A DNA stretch of 64,000 nt from Salinivirgaceae bacterium (GTDB lineage: Bacteria; Bacteroidota; Bacteroidia; Bacteroidales; SZUA-534): positions 16,502 to 80,501 of the forward strand of contig JAFXQB010000011.1 of assembly GCA_017527435.1 (NCBI GenBank), in the 5' to 3' direction. The translations under genes were made by a program, and so were the position numbers. The number at the start of each line of letters is the position of its first letter. Position 1 is the first letter of the stretch. Positions 1 through 8,125 of this stretch are shown here, one piece after another. The notes beneath the pieces were generated by a model. The model saw only the letters and a list, made by a program, of their open reading frames with translations. It had not been told where the DNA came from and did not search any database.

Positions 1-1192
1 ATGTCACAATGTCGCTAATCAGGTTCGATTTCTTAACGGGGTCGTTACCGGCGTCGTTGAGCAGCAGGCGGGTTTTGAAGAGAAGGAAGTCGGTTTCGTT
101 TTTGGCAATGAAATCTTCAAGTTCCGACGCGCTGTGGTTGCGTGCGAATGAGTCGGGGTCTTCGCCGTCGGGCAGAAGCAGCACTTTCACGTTCATCTCT
201 TCAGCCAGAATCATGTCGATTCCGCGCAAAGCGGCGTGAATACCGGCTGCGTCGCCGTCGTAGAGCACAGTGATGTTGGTTGTGAACTTGCGGATGAGCC
301 TTATCTGCTCAATGGTGAGCGCGGTTCCGTTGCTGGCCACCACATTCGTGATGCCGCTCTGGTGCATGCTCAGCACATCGGTGTAGCCCTCAACCAGAAA
401 ACATTTGTCGTTGCGCACAATGGCCGATTTGGCCTGGAAAATGCCGTAGAGCGAGCGGCTCTTGTCGTAGATTTCCGACTGCGGCGAGTTCATGTACTTG
501 ACGTTCACGCCTTTGGTGCGCGCGTCGAGCACACGGCCGCCAAATCCGATGACCTTTCCCGTCAGACTGTGGATTGGGAACATCACCCGACTGCTGAAGC
601 GGTCGAATATGTAGCCGTCGTCGTGCTGAATCGACAGGCCTGTGCTTACCAGGTACTTCTGCTTGTAGCCGCTGTTGAGCGCGAACTCTGTGAAAGCCTT
701 GCGTTCCGACAGGCTGTAGCCTAATTCGTATGCTTTTATGGTCTCTTCGTTGAAACCACGCTCTTTGAAGTATTTGTATCCGATGGCGCGCCCCTCGTCG
801 GTTTCCGTCATATTGCGGATGAAGGTGTTTTTGGCGAACTCGTTCAGCACCAGCATGCTCTCGCGGTCGTTCTGAGCTTCCTGTTCCTCGGGCGTGAACT
901 CTTTTTCCTTTATTTCGATGTGGTACTTGTTGGCAAGATATTTCAAAGCCTCGGTGTACGACATCTGCTCGTGTTCCATCACAAAGTTGACGCTATTGCC
1001 ACCCTTGCCGCAGCCGAAACACTTGTAGATGTTTTTAGTTGGCGATACGTAGAACGACGGTGTTTTCTCGTTGTGGAACGGACAACAGCCTATATAGTTT
1101 GTGCCGCGTTTTTTAAGGCTCACAAAGTCGGAAACCACCTCAAGAATGTTGGCGGTTTCAAAAATCTTATCAACTGTTTCCCGTTCTATCAT
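1..1192 (-). CDS. dnaG: DNA primase (5' part; runs off the window start)
   Basis: Manual minus-strand translation from the ATG at 1192 gives MIERETVDKIFETANILEVVSDFVSLKKRGTNYIGCCPFHNEKTPSF (CHC2 zinc finger). TOPRIM motifs (VEGYTDV, YDGDAAG) follow. Not in the ORF track because it is open-ended. Confidence 0.95.
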   Translation of the reverse strand, partial: MIERETVDKIFETANILEVVSDFVSLKKRGTNYIGCCPFHNEKTPSFYVSPTKNIYKCFGCGKGGNSVNFVMEHEQMSYTEALKYLANKYHIEIKEKEFTPEEQEAQNDRESMLVLNEFAKNTFIRNMTETDEGRAIGYKYFKERGFNEETIKAYELGYSLSERKAFTEFALNSGYKQKYLVSTGLSIQHDDGYIFDRFSSRVMFPIHSLTGKVIGFGGRVLDARTKGVNVKYMNSPQSEIYDKSRSLYGIFQAKSAIVRNDKCFLVEGYTDVLSMHQSGITNVVASNGTALTIEQIRLIRKFTTNITVLYDGDAAGIHAALRGIDMILAEEMNVKVLLLPDGEDPDSFARNHSASELEDFIAKNETDFLLFKTRLLLNDAGNDPVKKSNLISDIVT

Positions 1193-1363
1193 TCTGAATG
1201 TCAGAAAGATTATGGTTGTTACATTGGTCGTCGGCAAAGTGCCGAAAAACTTTTAAAGTTAAGAAAAAACATAAACCAATAACAACCCGCGCTGAGTTTT
1301 TCATGTGACCGATTGTGTCAGGCGCGCAAAACTGTCAGTCAATGAAGAGTTTTCGGTGTGTAT

Positions 1364-2359
1364 TTATTTCTTATAGAAGTTTTTAACAAACCGCGTAAAC
1401 TCGCCTTGGCCAAAAATGACGCGGCGCACAAAGCACTCGCAGAAGCCGCAGCCGTAGCCGCCGAGCTGCACGTAGGCCGCAGGAACGGCCAGCAGAGCCA
1501 CTTTCAACTCTTTGGTGGCAATGAGCGCGTCAATGAAAAATGCCAATGAGGGCAGTGGCAGCAGGCACCAGAACGGCCACCACAGAAATCCTAAAACAAT
1601 GAGCCCGATGTTGCCCAAAAAGAACGCCGCGGGCAGTGCGTGAACCAGTTTCATTGTGCCGGGGTGGCGCTTTTCGAGATTGATGCGCGCAATGCCCGAA
1701 TTGTAAACCTGCTTGAAAAAAGCCTTGAACGTGGTGCGGCGCTTGTGGTAGACAAACGCGTCAGCGATGAGCCCCGCCTTGCAGCCGTGCTCAATGAGCC
1801 GCATACTGAAATCGACGTCCTCGCCAAAGCGCATATCGCCGAATCCGCCCACGCGCGCAAATTCGCCGCGGCTGATGCCCATATTGAAGCTGCGCGGATA
1901 GAACTTGTCCATTTTCTCTTTCTTGCCGCGGATGCCGCCGGTGGTGAGCACCGATGTCATTGAGTGGCTGATGGCTTTTTGTATGGGTGTGAACGACGGA
2001 TGTGACGCGTCGGGGCCGCCGAAGCACTGCAGGCCGCGCTCGCTCACCGCTTTGTCAACAGCGTCGAGATAGCCGTCGGGCACAATCACGTCCGAATCCA
2101 GAAAAATCAGATAATCGCCCGCAGCGTGCGCCGCACCGTTGTTGCGTGCCGCGCTTGGACCGCCGTTGGGTTGCTCCAGATAGTTGATTGGCAGCCTTTC
2201 GGCGAATTTTTCCACAATGTGGCGGCAGGTGTCGGCCGAGCCGTCCTCAACAATGGTCACGTCGAAATCGCGGAAGCGCTGCGCCGTAAGTGACTGCAGC
2301 AGCTCGTCAACCTCGTCGGGGCGGTTGTAGACAGGCACTATGAATGAGTATTTGGGCAT
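1364..2359 (-). CDS. Glycosyltransferase family 2
   Basis: SFIVPVYN, EDGS, DSD (DxD) and GED motifs, with C-terminal membrane helices. Confidence 0.9.
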   Translation of the reverse strand: MPKYSFIVPVYNRPDEVDELLQSLTAQRFRDFDVTIVEDGSADTCRHIVEKFAERLPINYLEQPNGGPSAARNNGAAHAAGDYLIFLDSDVIVPDGYLDAVDKAVSERGLQCFGGPDASHPSFTPIQKAISHSMTSVLTTGGIRGKKEKMDKFYPRSFNMGISRGEFARVGGFGDMRFGEDVDFSMRLIEHGCKAGLIADAFVYHKRRTTFKAFFKQVYNSGIARINLEKRHPGTMKLVHALPAAFFLGNIGLIVLGFLWWPFWCLLPLPSLAFFIDALIATKELKVALLAVPAAYVQLGGYGCGFCECFVRRVIFGQGEFTRFVKNFYKK

Positions 2360-2364
2360 TCTCT

Positions 2365-2450
2365 TTAAGGTTTAGTGGTTAGAGTTTAGGGTTTAGTTTT
2401 TCTAAACAGCGAAGCGTCTCACCTTCTCAACAGCGAAGCGCCTCAACCTT
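2365..2450. repeat. Degenerate heptamer array plus two CAGCGAAGCG-containing units
   Basis: ggtttag/tggttag/agtttag/ggtttag, then aacagcgaagcg at 2405-2416 and 2429-2440. Confidence 0.75.
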
Positions 2451-3268
2451 TAAATAATCCAGTTCCCCAATTGGTCGTCCATTTGGCCTTTCACGTAGAC
2501 GTTGCTCTTGTTGAACACCGTTGAGTAGGGCTCAACACCGCTTGTGAGCCACACGTTACCGCCGATGACCGAGTCGTGGCCGATGATGGACTTGCCGCCC
2601 AGAATGGTGGCGCCAGCGTAGATGGTCACGTTGTCTTCGATGGTCGGGTGGCGCTTTACGCCCGCCTCGGCCTTGTCCACGCTCAAGGCGCCCAGAGTCA
2701 CGCCCTGATAGATTTTCACATTGTTGCCGATGACGGTTGTCTCGCCCACCACAATGCCCGTGCCGTGGTCGATGCAGAACGAGTGGCCGATGGTGGCCCC
2801 AGGGTGTATGTCGATGCCCGTCTTGCCGTGGGCGTACTCGGTGAAGAGCCGCGGCACAATGGGGATGTTCTGCTCATAAAGTTGGTGCGCCAGACGGTAA
2901 ACCACAATGGCGTAGAAACCAGGATAGGTCACAATCACCTCCTCGATTGATTTGGCGGCGGGGTCGCCGTTGAAGATGGCCGTAGCGTCCTCAATCATAC
3001 GCAGATAGAGCAGTTCGAGCGAGTTCGAGAAGGTGTCAATCTCGTCTTGAATCTGCTCGTCGGCGAGCGAGAGTTGCGCCAGCACCTGCTCCATAAGGTG
3101 GCGCATATCGTAGTAGCGGGCCTCGGTCGATTGGTCGTCGTCGCACAGGATGGGGAACAGGAAGTTGACCGTCTTGGTCAGCAGTTGGTGGCTGAGCGAC
3201 TGCGCAGGAATCTTGCCCGCAGCCTGCCTGCGGAACTGCCCGATGTGTTCGAAAAGTGATTTATCCAT
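2450..3268 (-). CDS. cysE: Serine O-acetyltransferase (EpsC/CysE type)
   Basis: GDPAA, YPG, TGIDIHPGATIG, IDHGTG, YQGVTLG and KRHPTIED hexapeptide-repeat motifs. Confidence 0.92.
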   Translation of the reverse strand: MDKSLFEHIGQFRRQAAGKIPAQSLSHQLLTKTVNFLFPILCDDDQSTEARYYDMRHLMEQVLAQLSLADEQIQDEIDTFSNSLELLYLRMIEDATAIFNGDPAAKSIEEVIVTYPGFYAIVVYRLAHQLYEQNIPIVPRLFTEYAHGKTGIDIHPGATIGHSFCIDHGTGIVVGETTVIGNNVKIYQGVTLGALSVDKAEAGVKRHPTIEDNVTIYAGATILGGKSIIGHDSVIGGNVWLTSGVEPYSTVFNKSNVYVKGQMDDQLGNWII

Positions 3269-3336
3269 TTTAAGTTATCGAAGTTTTTTGAGTTATCGAA
3301 GGTACAAGTTTTTGGTGAATTGATGAATCGATTTTG

Positions 3337-3444
3337 GGACTTCGGACTACAGACGTCAGACTTCAGTCGAGAGTAAATATTTGTTAGTATTCGTAAAGTT
3401 CATTTAAAAATTCTGTTGTCCGTTGTCTGTAGTCTGTTGACCGA
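3337..3444. repeat. Two heptamer arrays in inverted orientation around an AT-rich spacer
   Basis: ggacttc-ggactac-agacgtc-agacttc ... tctgttg-tccgttg-tctgtag-tctgttg. tctgtag is the reverse complement of ctacaga in the left arm. Confidence 0.7.
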
Positions 3445-3447
3445 AAA

Positions 3448-4293
3448 TCACACCGTCAGCGAAACCCCGCACGCCATTAGCACCAGAATCAGGCCGCCTG
3501 CAATGATTCGGTAAATGCCGAAAACCTTGAAGCCGTATTTTGTCAGGAACGCTACAAACCATTTCATTGCCAGCAGGGCCACCACAAAGGCCACAATATT
3601 GCCGATAATCAGCACGCCCAGATTGTCGGTGAGCAGTTGCAGACCCTCGTCAGAGAGCAGCAGTTTGAGCATTTTGTAGCCCGACGCGGCACACATTGTA
3701 GGCACGGCCAGAAAGAACGAGAACTCGGCGGCCGCCTTGCGAGTGAGTTTCTGCGCCATACCGCCCACAATTGTAGCCATTGAGCGAGAAACGCCCGGAA
3801 TCATTGCAATGCATTGGAACAGACCAATATACAACGCGCGGCGCTCGGTCAGTTTGGTGTCGTCAGAGCCGTGATTGAAAATCTTGTCGCAAAAGAGCAT
3901 AAACACACCGCCAACGACCAGCATTACGGCCACAACCGTCACGCTCTCAAGCATTTCGTCAATCTTATCGCTGAAAAGCAGACCAATGACAGCCGCTGGA
4001 ACAAACGCCACTAGCAGTTTCCAGTAAAAATCGAATTTGTGCAGAAATTGCTGCACGCCCGATGCACCCTCGGGTGCGGGCTCGGTGTTCAAGCGGAAGA
4101 AACGCTTCCAATAGAGCACCACAACCGACAGGATGGCGCCAAACTGAATTATCACCGTGAAGGCCTTCACAAACGCGTCGCTCTCAACGCCCAGCAGGCC
4201 TTGAGTGATTATCATATGTCCCGTCGACGACACCGGCAGAAACTCCGTCAGCCCCTCGACTATTGCAATAATGATTGATTCGATAATACTCAT
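3448..4293 (-). CDS. uppP: Undecaprenyl-diphosphate phosphatase (BacA)
   Basis: [14 protein letters not shown] and PGVSRS motifs; polytopic membrane protein. Confidence 0.95.
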   Translation of the reverse strand: MSIIESIIIAIVEGLTEFLPVSSTGHMIITQGLLGVESDAFVKAFTVIIQFGAILSVVVLYWKRFFRLNTEPAPEGASGVQQFLHKFDFYWKLLVAFVPAAVIGLLFSDKIDEMLESVTVVAVMLVVGGVFMLFCDKIFNHGSDDTKLTERRALYIGLFQCIAMIPGVSRSMATIVGGMAQKLTRKAAAEFSFFLAVPTMCAASGYKMLKLLLSDEGLQLLTDNLGVLIIGNIVAFVVALLAMKWFVAFLTKYGFKVFGIYRIIAGGLILVLMACGVSLTV

Positions 4294-4326
4294 AAATATT
4301 TGTTGATTGAATGATTGATTAACTGA

Positions 4327-5754
4327 CTATTTATCTTTTACTACAATATTTGTAGATTTTGATATTGTATATGAACTTGGCATTTTTTGACCACTAAGTG
4401 GAATAAGACATCTTAAAACACCTCTGTTATAGTATGGTATAAAAAGGCGGCAAGCAACATATTCAACATTATTTATAACTGTGGTTGTTTGAGAAGCATA
4501 TAAATAACATACATTTTCAGTATCGCCCATAGAATACGCATAATCACTCTCAAATAGTGTTGTAATTTCACCTGCAATATTTGTTTGGTCTCCTTCCATA
4601 ATAGCACATATAGAATCTAAACAAATAGTACTACTATTGCCTTTTAACAACTTATCTGTAATATCAGTTCGGCCATCCTTAAATAAAAAGTAAGTGGTTA
4701 ATTCCCGTCGTTTTATACCAAACGATTCTTCTATATCAAGCCAATCACTGTCCGTAATAAAATGATAACCACCTATTACATCGTTTTCTCTGTGATTATT
4801 AAGATACTTATTACTTCCTATGAATATATTTTTGGATATATTATATAATGATGAGAAAAAACAACTACAACAAGTCCATTCTGTTCCATCATAAAGCAGG
4901 CCTGTTCCTGATGTCTTTTGTTTAAATAAATCTGACCCCGCATGATACGTTATGGTATCATTCATTATAAATAGTTTGAATTCTTTTATAAAAACGTCGT
5001 ATTGTGGTGCAACTAAAATATAAACTCCTATATATTTTTCGCTTTCTGAATTTGACGATAAATTTTCTACATTGTGTCCTATTTGACGCTTTTTAACATA
5101 TGATGGCAAGTCTTCTTTTGGCTCAATATATAGAGAATCTGAGCTAAATGGTATTATGAAATCTTTGTTATATGAGTAGGTCTCACCATAGCAACTTTCA
5201 TTAAAAGATAAGTTTATTTTAGCAGAAAAATGTTTTTTAAAAAAAACAGTGTCATTATTATTGATATAGAATGGTTTGATTTTTAAACTATTAGCGGGCT
5301 GACCAACACCTCCGTTTCCCCACTCCAAATCATAAAAAATACGTTCAGGCAAACAATAAATAATAAAAAACACAGAATCAACATCATATCGTTTCGTGCC
5401 ATCCATAAGGTATTCTACTAATTTGACTCTGTATCCATTAAAATATTCCAAACGAATATTATTGGTTTTGTTTAACTCCATATTATCATCAGAATCACCT
5501 ATATATAATTCAAAATGTAGCTCGTCTGCAACATCAAGCCAACTTATGCTTGTGCGTTCTACGAACAATTCTTTTTCATCAGTGCGTATTTCCACATTAT
5601 TCTTGATATTGTGGCCACTCAATTCATAATGAGAAATGTTTTTACAGTGTTGAATTTTTTCTTCAATACTCATTCCTTCTTCTTTGCAACTTGTAAAGTT
5701 CAAAGCCACAAATGCTGCTGCGGTGGCGGCTAATAATAAATGATTTGTTTTCAT
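4327..5754 (-). CDS. Hypothetical lipoprotein, AT-rich; C-terminus weakly resembles the Fibrobacter succinogenes major paralogous (FISUMP) domain
   Basis: Lipobox FTSC after a hydrophobic signal. GGYHFITDSDWLDI resembles the GWHxPsxxEW FISUMP motif. Visibly lower GC than neighbours. Confidence 0.65.
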   Translation of the reverse strand: MKTNHLLLAATAAAFVALNFTSCKEEGMSIEEKIQHCKNISHYELSGHNIKNNVEIRTDEKELFVERTSISWLDVADELHFELYIGDSDDNMELNKTNNIRLEYFNGYRVKLVEYLMDGTKRYDVDSVFFIIYCLPERIFYDLEWGNGGVGQPANSLKIKPFYINNNDTVFFKKHFSAKINLSFNESCYGETYSYNKDFIIPFSSDSLYIEPKEDLPSYVKKRQIGHNVENLSSNSESEKYIGVYILVAPQYDVFIKEFKLFIMNDTITYHAGSDLFKQKTSGTGLLYDGTEWTCCSCFFSSLYNISKNIFIGSNKYLNNHRENDVIGGYHFITDSDWLDIEESFGIKRRELTTYFLFKDGRTDITDKLLKGNSSTICLDSICAIMEGDQTNIAGEITTLFESDYAYSMGDTENVCYLYASQTTTVINNVEYVACRLFIPYYNRGVLRCLIPLSGQKMPSSYTISKSTNIVVKDK

Positions 5755-5806
5755 TACTATAATAGTTTTAAAAATTAATTATTTATATTCCAAATTTATC
5801 TGATAA

Positions 5807-7129
5807 TCACTTGTTTTTGTCAGGAATCACCCAATAGCCATATCTGTTGCTACCTTCACGTTTTATCAAATTGTTGTCAAGCAGCACTTTCAAATCACGC
5901 TGTATGGTTTTTCTGTCAACATTGAGTTGTTCTGAAAGAGTTGTCGTGTTTAATGCGACATTTAATGCGACATTCCGAATTATCAAATCAAGTATATTTT
6001 GCTGTCTTTCAGTTAGTTCTATTGCGACATTTAATGCAACATTTTCTGTCGCATTATAGTTTTTAATGGTTATTCGAGTGAAATTCGGCATAAAGGTGAA
6101 GCAACTGCGGTCGTAAACCTGCATCACCTTCATCATTCCCGAACCTAAAGCCTCAACCATCTCAACATCGCGGAAAACACGCATCAGTTCTTTGTTGCGG
6201 GGATTCGACACGCCGTTGAAAAACTCATCCTCGGTCATATCTTCGGGCAGCCGTCCGCACGAAGTTATCTCAAGCCTGTCCGAAAAAATCTCAAACTTCG
6301 GCGGCACTTCGGTGAAATAACTGTTGTGCACAATGGCGTTGATAACAAGCTCGCGCAAAGCGTTTTTGTCCCATAGCGGTGTGTCGATTCGGTACGGATA
6401 TGTCTTTTGGGTTCTTATCTCATTCTCGACATCGAGTTTGTCCAAAAGCCGTTTTGTGGCGGTCAGCAGGCAGCAGTAGCCAAACTCATTGTTCGAAATC
6501 AAATCGCAACGGTCGGTGCCTGCGTATTTCCCCAATTTGATTGACATTCCGTTCTCATCGGCAAGCAGATACGCCACATAGTTGAACCGCCCGTCATCGG
6601 TCAGCAGTTCAAGATTGCGCAAATAGTTGTCGTTCAGGGGTAACTTCTTTTCCTGATAGTAAATCCGCAACTGACTGAAAGTCAAATCCTGCCGCGGCGA
6701 CACAATGTTGCGTAGCGAGTTGCGGACACGGTGGGCGAAAAGATTTTCAATCATATCGGTTGGCATAGGCTCGGCGGCGGTGCCAACTCTTATGTAGCAG
6801 CCGCGTGTGCTCATTCCGTATTTGGTTTTGTAATACGGTTTCTCGCTTCCCGACGCAAGGAAAATCTTTATAACATCGGTTCCGTCAATGTTTTCGGCCA
6901 ACACATCGAACAAGCCCATCGGCGAAGGCGAGATATTTTTGCGGATACGGTCTTTTATCTTCAGCATATCGCCGTCGATATCCTTTACACCCACAACTCT
7001 CCCGTCCTTGTCAAAGCCAACGTAAATGATTCCGCCCTCGCGATTGTTGAGAAAGGCGATAACTTCCTTCTCAATATCGAGTTCGTCGGTCAACTCACGT
7101 TTCAGTTCGATACGGTTGGTTTCGGTCAT
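5807..7129 (-). CDS. AlbA_2 (Schlafen-like) domain / HATPase_c_4 / C-terminal HTH protein
   Basis: N-terminal ETNRIELK...AFLN..GGIIYVG; middle LRELVINAIVHN, FSDRLEITS, PRN, GSG; C-terminal HTH (TIQRDLKVL...IKREGS..YGYW). Confidence 0.85.
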   Translation of the reverse strand: MTETNRIELKRELTDELDIEKEVIAFLNNREGGIIYVGFDKDGRVVGVKDIDGDMLKIKDRIRKNISPSPMGLFDVLAENIDGTDVIKIFLASGSEKPYYKTKYGMSTRGCYIRVGTAAEPMPTDMIENLFAHRVRNSLRNIVSPRQDLTFSQLRIYYQEKKLPLNDNYLRNLELLTDDGRFNYVAYLLADENGMSIKLGKYAGTDRCDLISNNEFGYCCLLTATKRLLDKLDVENEIRTQKTYPYRIDTPLWDKNALRELVINAIVHNSYFTEVPPKFEIFSDRLEITSCGRLPEDMTEDEFFNGVSNPRNKELMRVFRDVEMVEALGSGMMKVMQVYDRSCFTFMPNFTRITIKNYNATENVALNVAIELTERQQNILDLIIRNVALNVALNTTTLSEQLNVDRKTIQRDLKVLLDNNLIKREGSNRYGYWVIPDKNK

Positions 7130-7200
7130 TGATTTGTTGATTTTTTTTTCTAACCAAACTAATTCAAAATTATCAAAAAATATTGTATTTCAAATTTTTG

Positions 7201-7226
7201 CGGACGCGACGAATCGCGTCCCTACA
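7201..7226 (-). repeat. GTAG-type REP hairpin
   Basis: Minus strand reads TGTAG-GGACGCGA-TTCG-TCGCGTCC-G. Confidence 0.8.
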
Positions 7227-7228
7227 TA

Positions 7229-7271
7229 TTTCAATTTTCAACTTTCAATTCCTAAATCCTAACTCCTAACT
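7229..7271. repeat. Heptamer tandem array (ttcaatt/cctaact type)
   Basis: ttcaatt-ttcaact-ttcaatt-cctaaat-cctaact-cctaact. The HEAT gene stop codon lies inside it. Confidence 0.75.
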
Positions 7272-7880
7272 ATTTGCCGCTGCCGCCTTAATCGCACCCA
7301 AACTGTGGATTCTCACGACACGGTTACTGTCGGTTTCCGAAATCTTTTGCAACTGCTCAACAAAAGGCAGAACAAACTCCGGCCTGCGCTTGCCAAGAAC
7401 ACGGAAAATTTCGGGTGCTTCCATACGAACCTTGTCCTCTTTATCTTGCAGAAGTTCAGCAAAAACCACCATATAATTTTCAAATATGTCAGGTGTGTTT
7501 GTGGCAATGTTTTCCGAAGCCCAAATAAAACTCAACCTGACACTTGCCACCGAGTCAGTCGCAAAGCGGAATAAATCTTTCCAAAACGGCTCGATTAGGC
7601 CAAAATCAGCACGGCCGATTCGCCCGAGCGCGTTGATTGCACGCTCTCGCAAAAGCGGCTCGGAATTGTCAAGAAAAGTTGCAATCGAAGGAACGCTGTC
7701 AGCAACCGCAGAAGGATATTTCAGCCCCATTTCCGCAAGAAGCCACAGCGCTTTCGCCTTGATTTTCAGCGATTCCGACGACAGCAGCGACTTTACATAA
7801 GGAATGTTCTCCTCCCATTTGTCCTTGCTCTTTGTCAAAGCCCCAAGTTCCTTATATAATTCCGTTTCTGTCATTTCCAA
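7266..7880 (-). CDS. HEAT-repeat protein
   Basis: Repeated L..D....VR..A...LG.IG units (LLRERAINALGRIG, DKVRMEAPEIF, RVVRIHSLGAI). Confidence 0.8.
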   Translation of the reverse strand: MEMTETELYKELGALTKSKDKWEENIPYVKSLLSSESLKIKAKALWLLAEMGLKYPSAVADSVPSIATFLDNSEPLLRERAINALGRIGRADFGLIEPFWKDLFRFATDSVASVRLSFIWASENIATNTPDIFENYMVVFAELLQDKEDKVRMEAPEIFRVLGKRRPEFVLPFVEQLQKISETDSNRVVRIHSLGAIKAAAANS

Positions 7881-7890
7881 CTTTTATAGT

Positions 7891-8038
7891 GCGCGGTGCG
7901 TCCCAGCACAAAATTCAATTATTTAATCGGACGCGGCACGCCACGTCCCTACACCTAAACAATGTTCAGCGGACGCACGCGGTGCGTCCCTACCAACATT
8001 TGCCTTTGTTAATCGGACGCGATTAATCGCGTCCCTAC
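7891..8038 (-). repeat. Cluster of 3 intact and 1 degenerate GTAG-type REP hairpins
   Basis: cggacg...cgtccctac at 7928-7953, 7970-7993 and 8014-8038; partial copy near 7891-7908; spacing about 42-44 bp. Confidence 0.82.
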
Positions 8039-8125
8039 CAACACCCAATCCCGATAGCTATCGGGACCAACACCCAATAACTCCTAATTCGTAATTATTA
8101 ACTCCTAATTCCTAACTCCTAACTA
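8038..8125. repeat. Heptamer arrays with an embedded 18-bp perfect palindrome
   Basis: ccaacac-ccaa[tcccgatagctatcggga 8049-8066]ccaacac-ccaataa-ctcctaa-ttcgtaa-ttattaa-ctcctaa-ttcctaa-ctcctaa; abuts the tsaD stop. Confidence 0.8.

Noticed and set aside
9-1282. Plus-strand ORFs 9-239, 236-724 and 920-1282
   Set aside because: Antisense shadows of dnaG on the minus strand.
1200-1360. Possible sigma-54 promoter or riboswitch upstream of dnaG
   Set aside because: The GG-N10-GC spacing is not met; only a short cggca-aag-tgccg hairpin is seen.
5807-7129. RecG helicase (common automated label for this family)
   Set aside because: No helicase Walker A/DEAH motifs; only the HATPase_c_4-like region is shared.
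7891-8038. Regularly spaced palindromic repeats resembling a mini CRISPR array
   Set aside because: The repeats differ internally, spacers are only about 17-20 bp and AT-rich, and no cas genes are present. The GTAG+hairpin form fits REPs.
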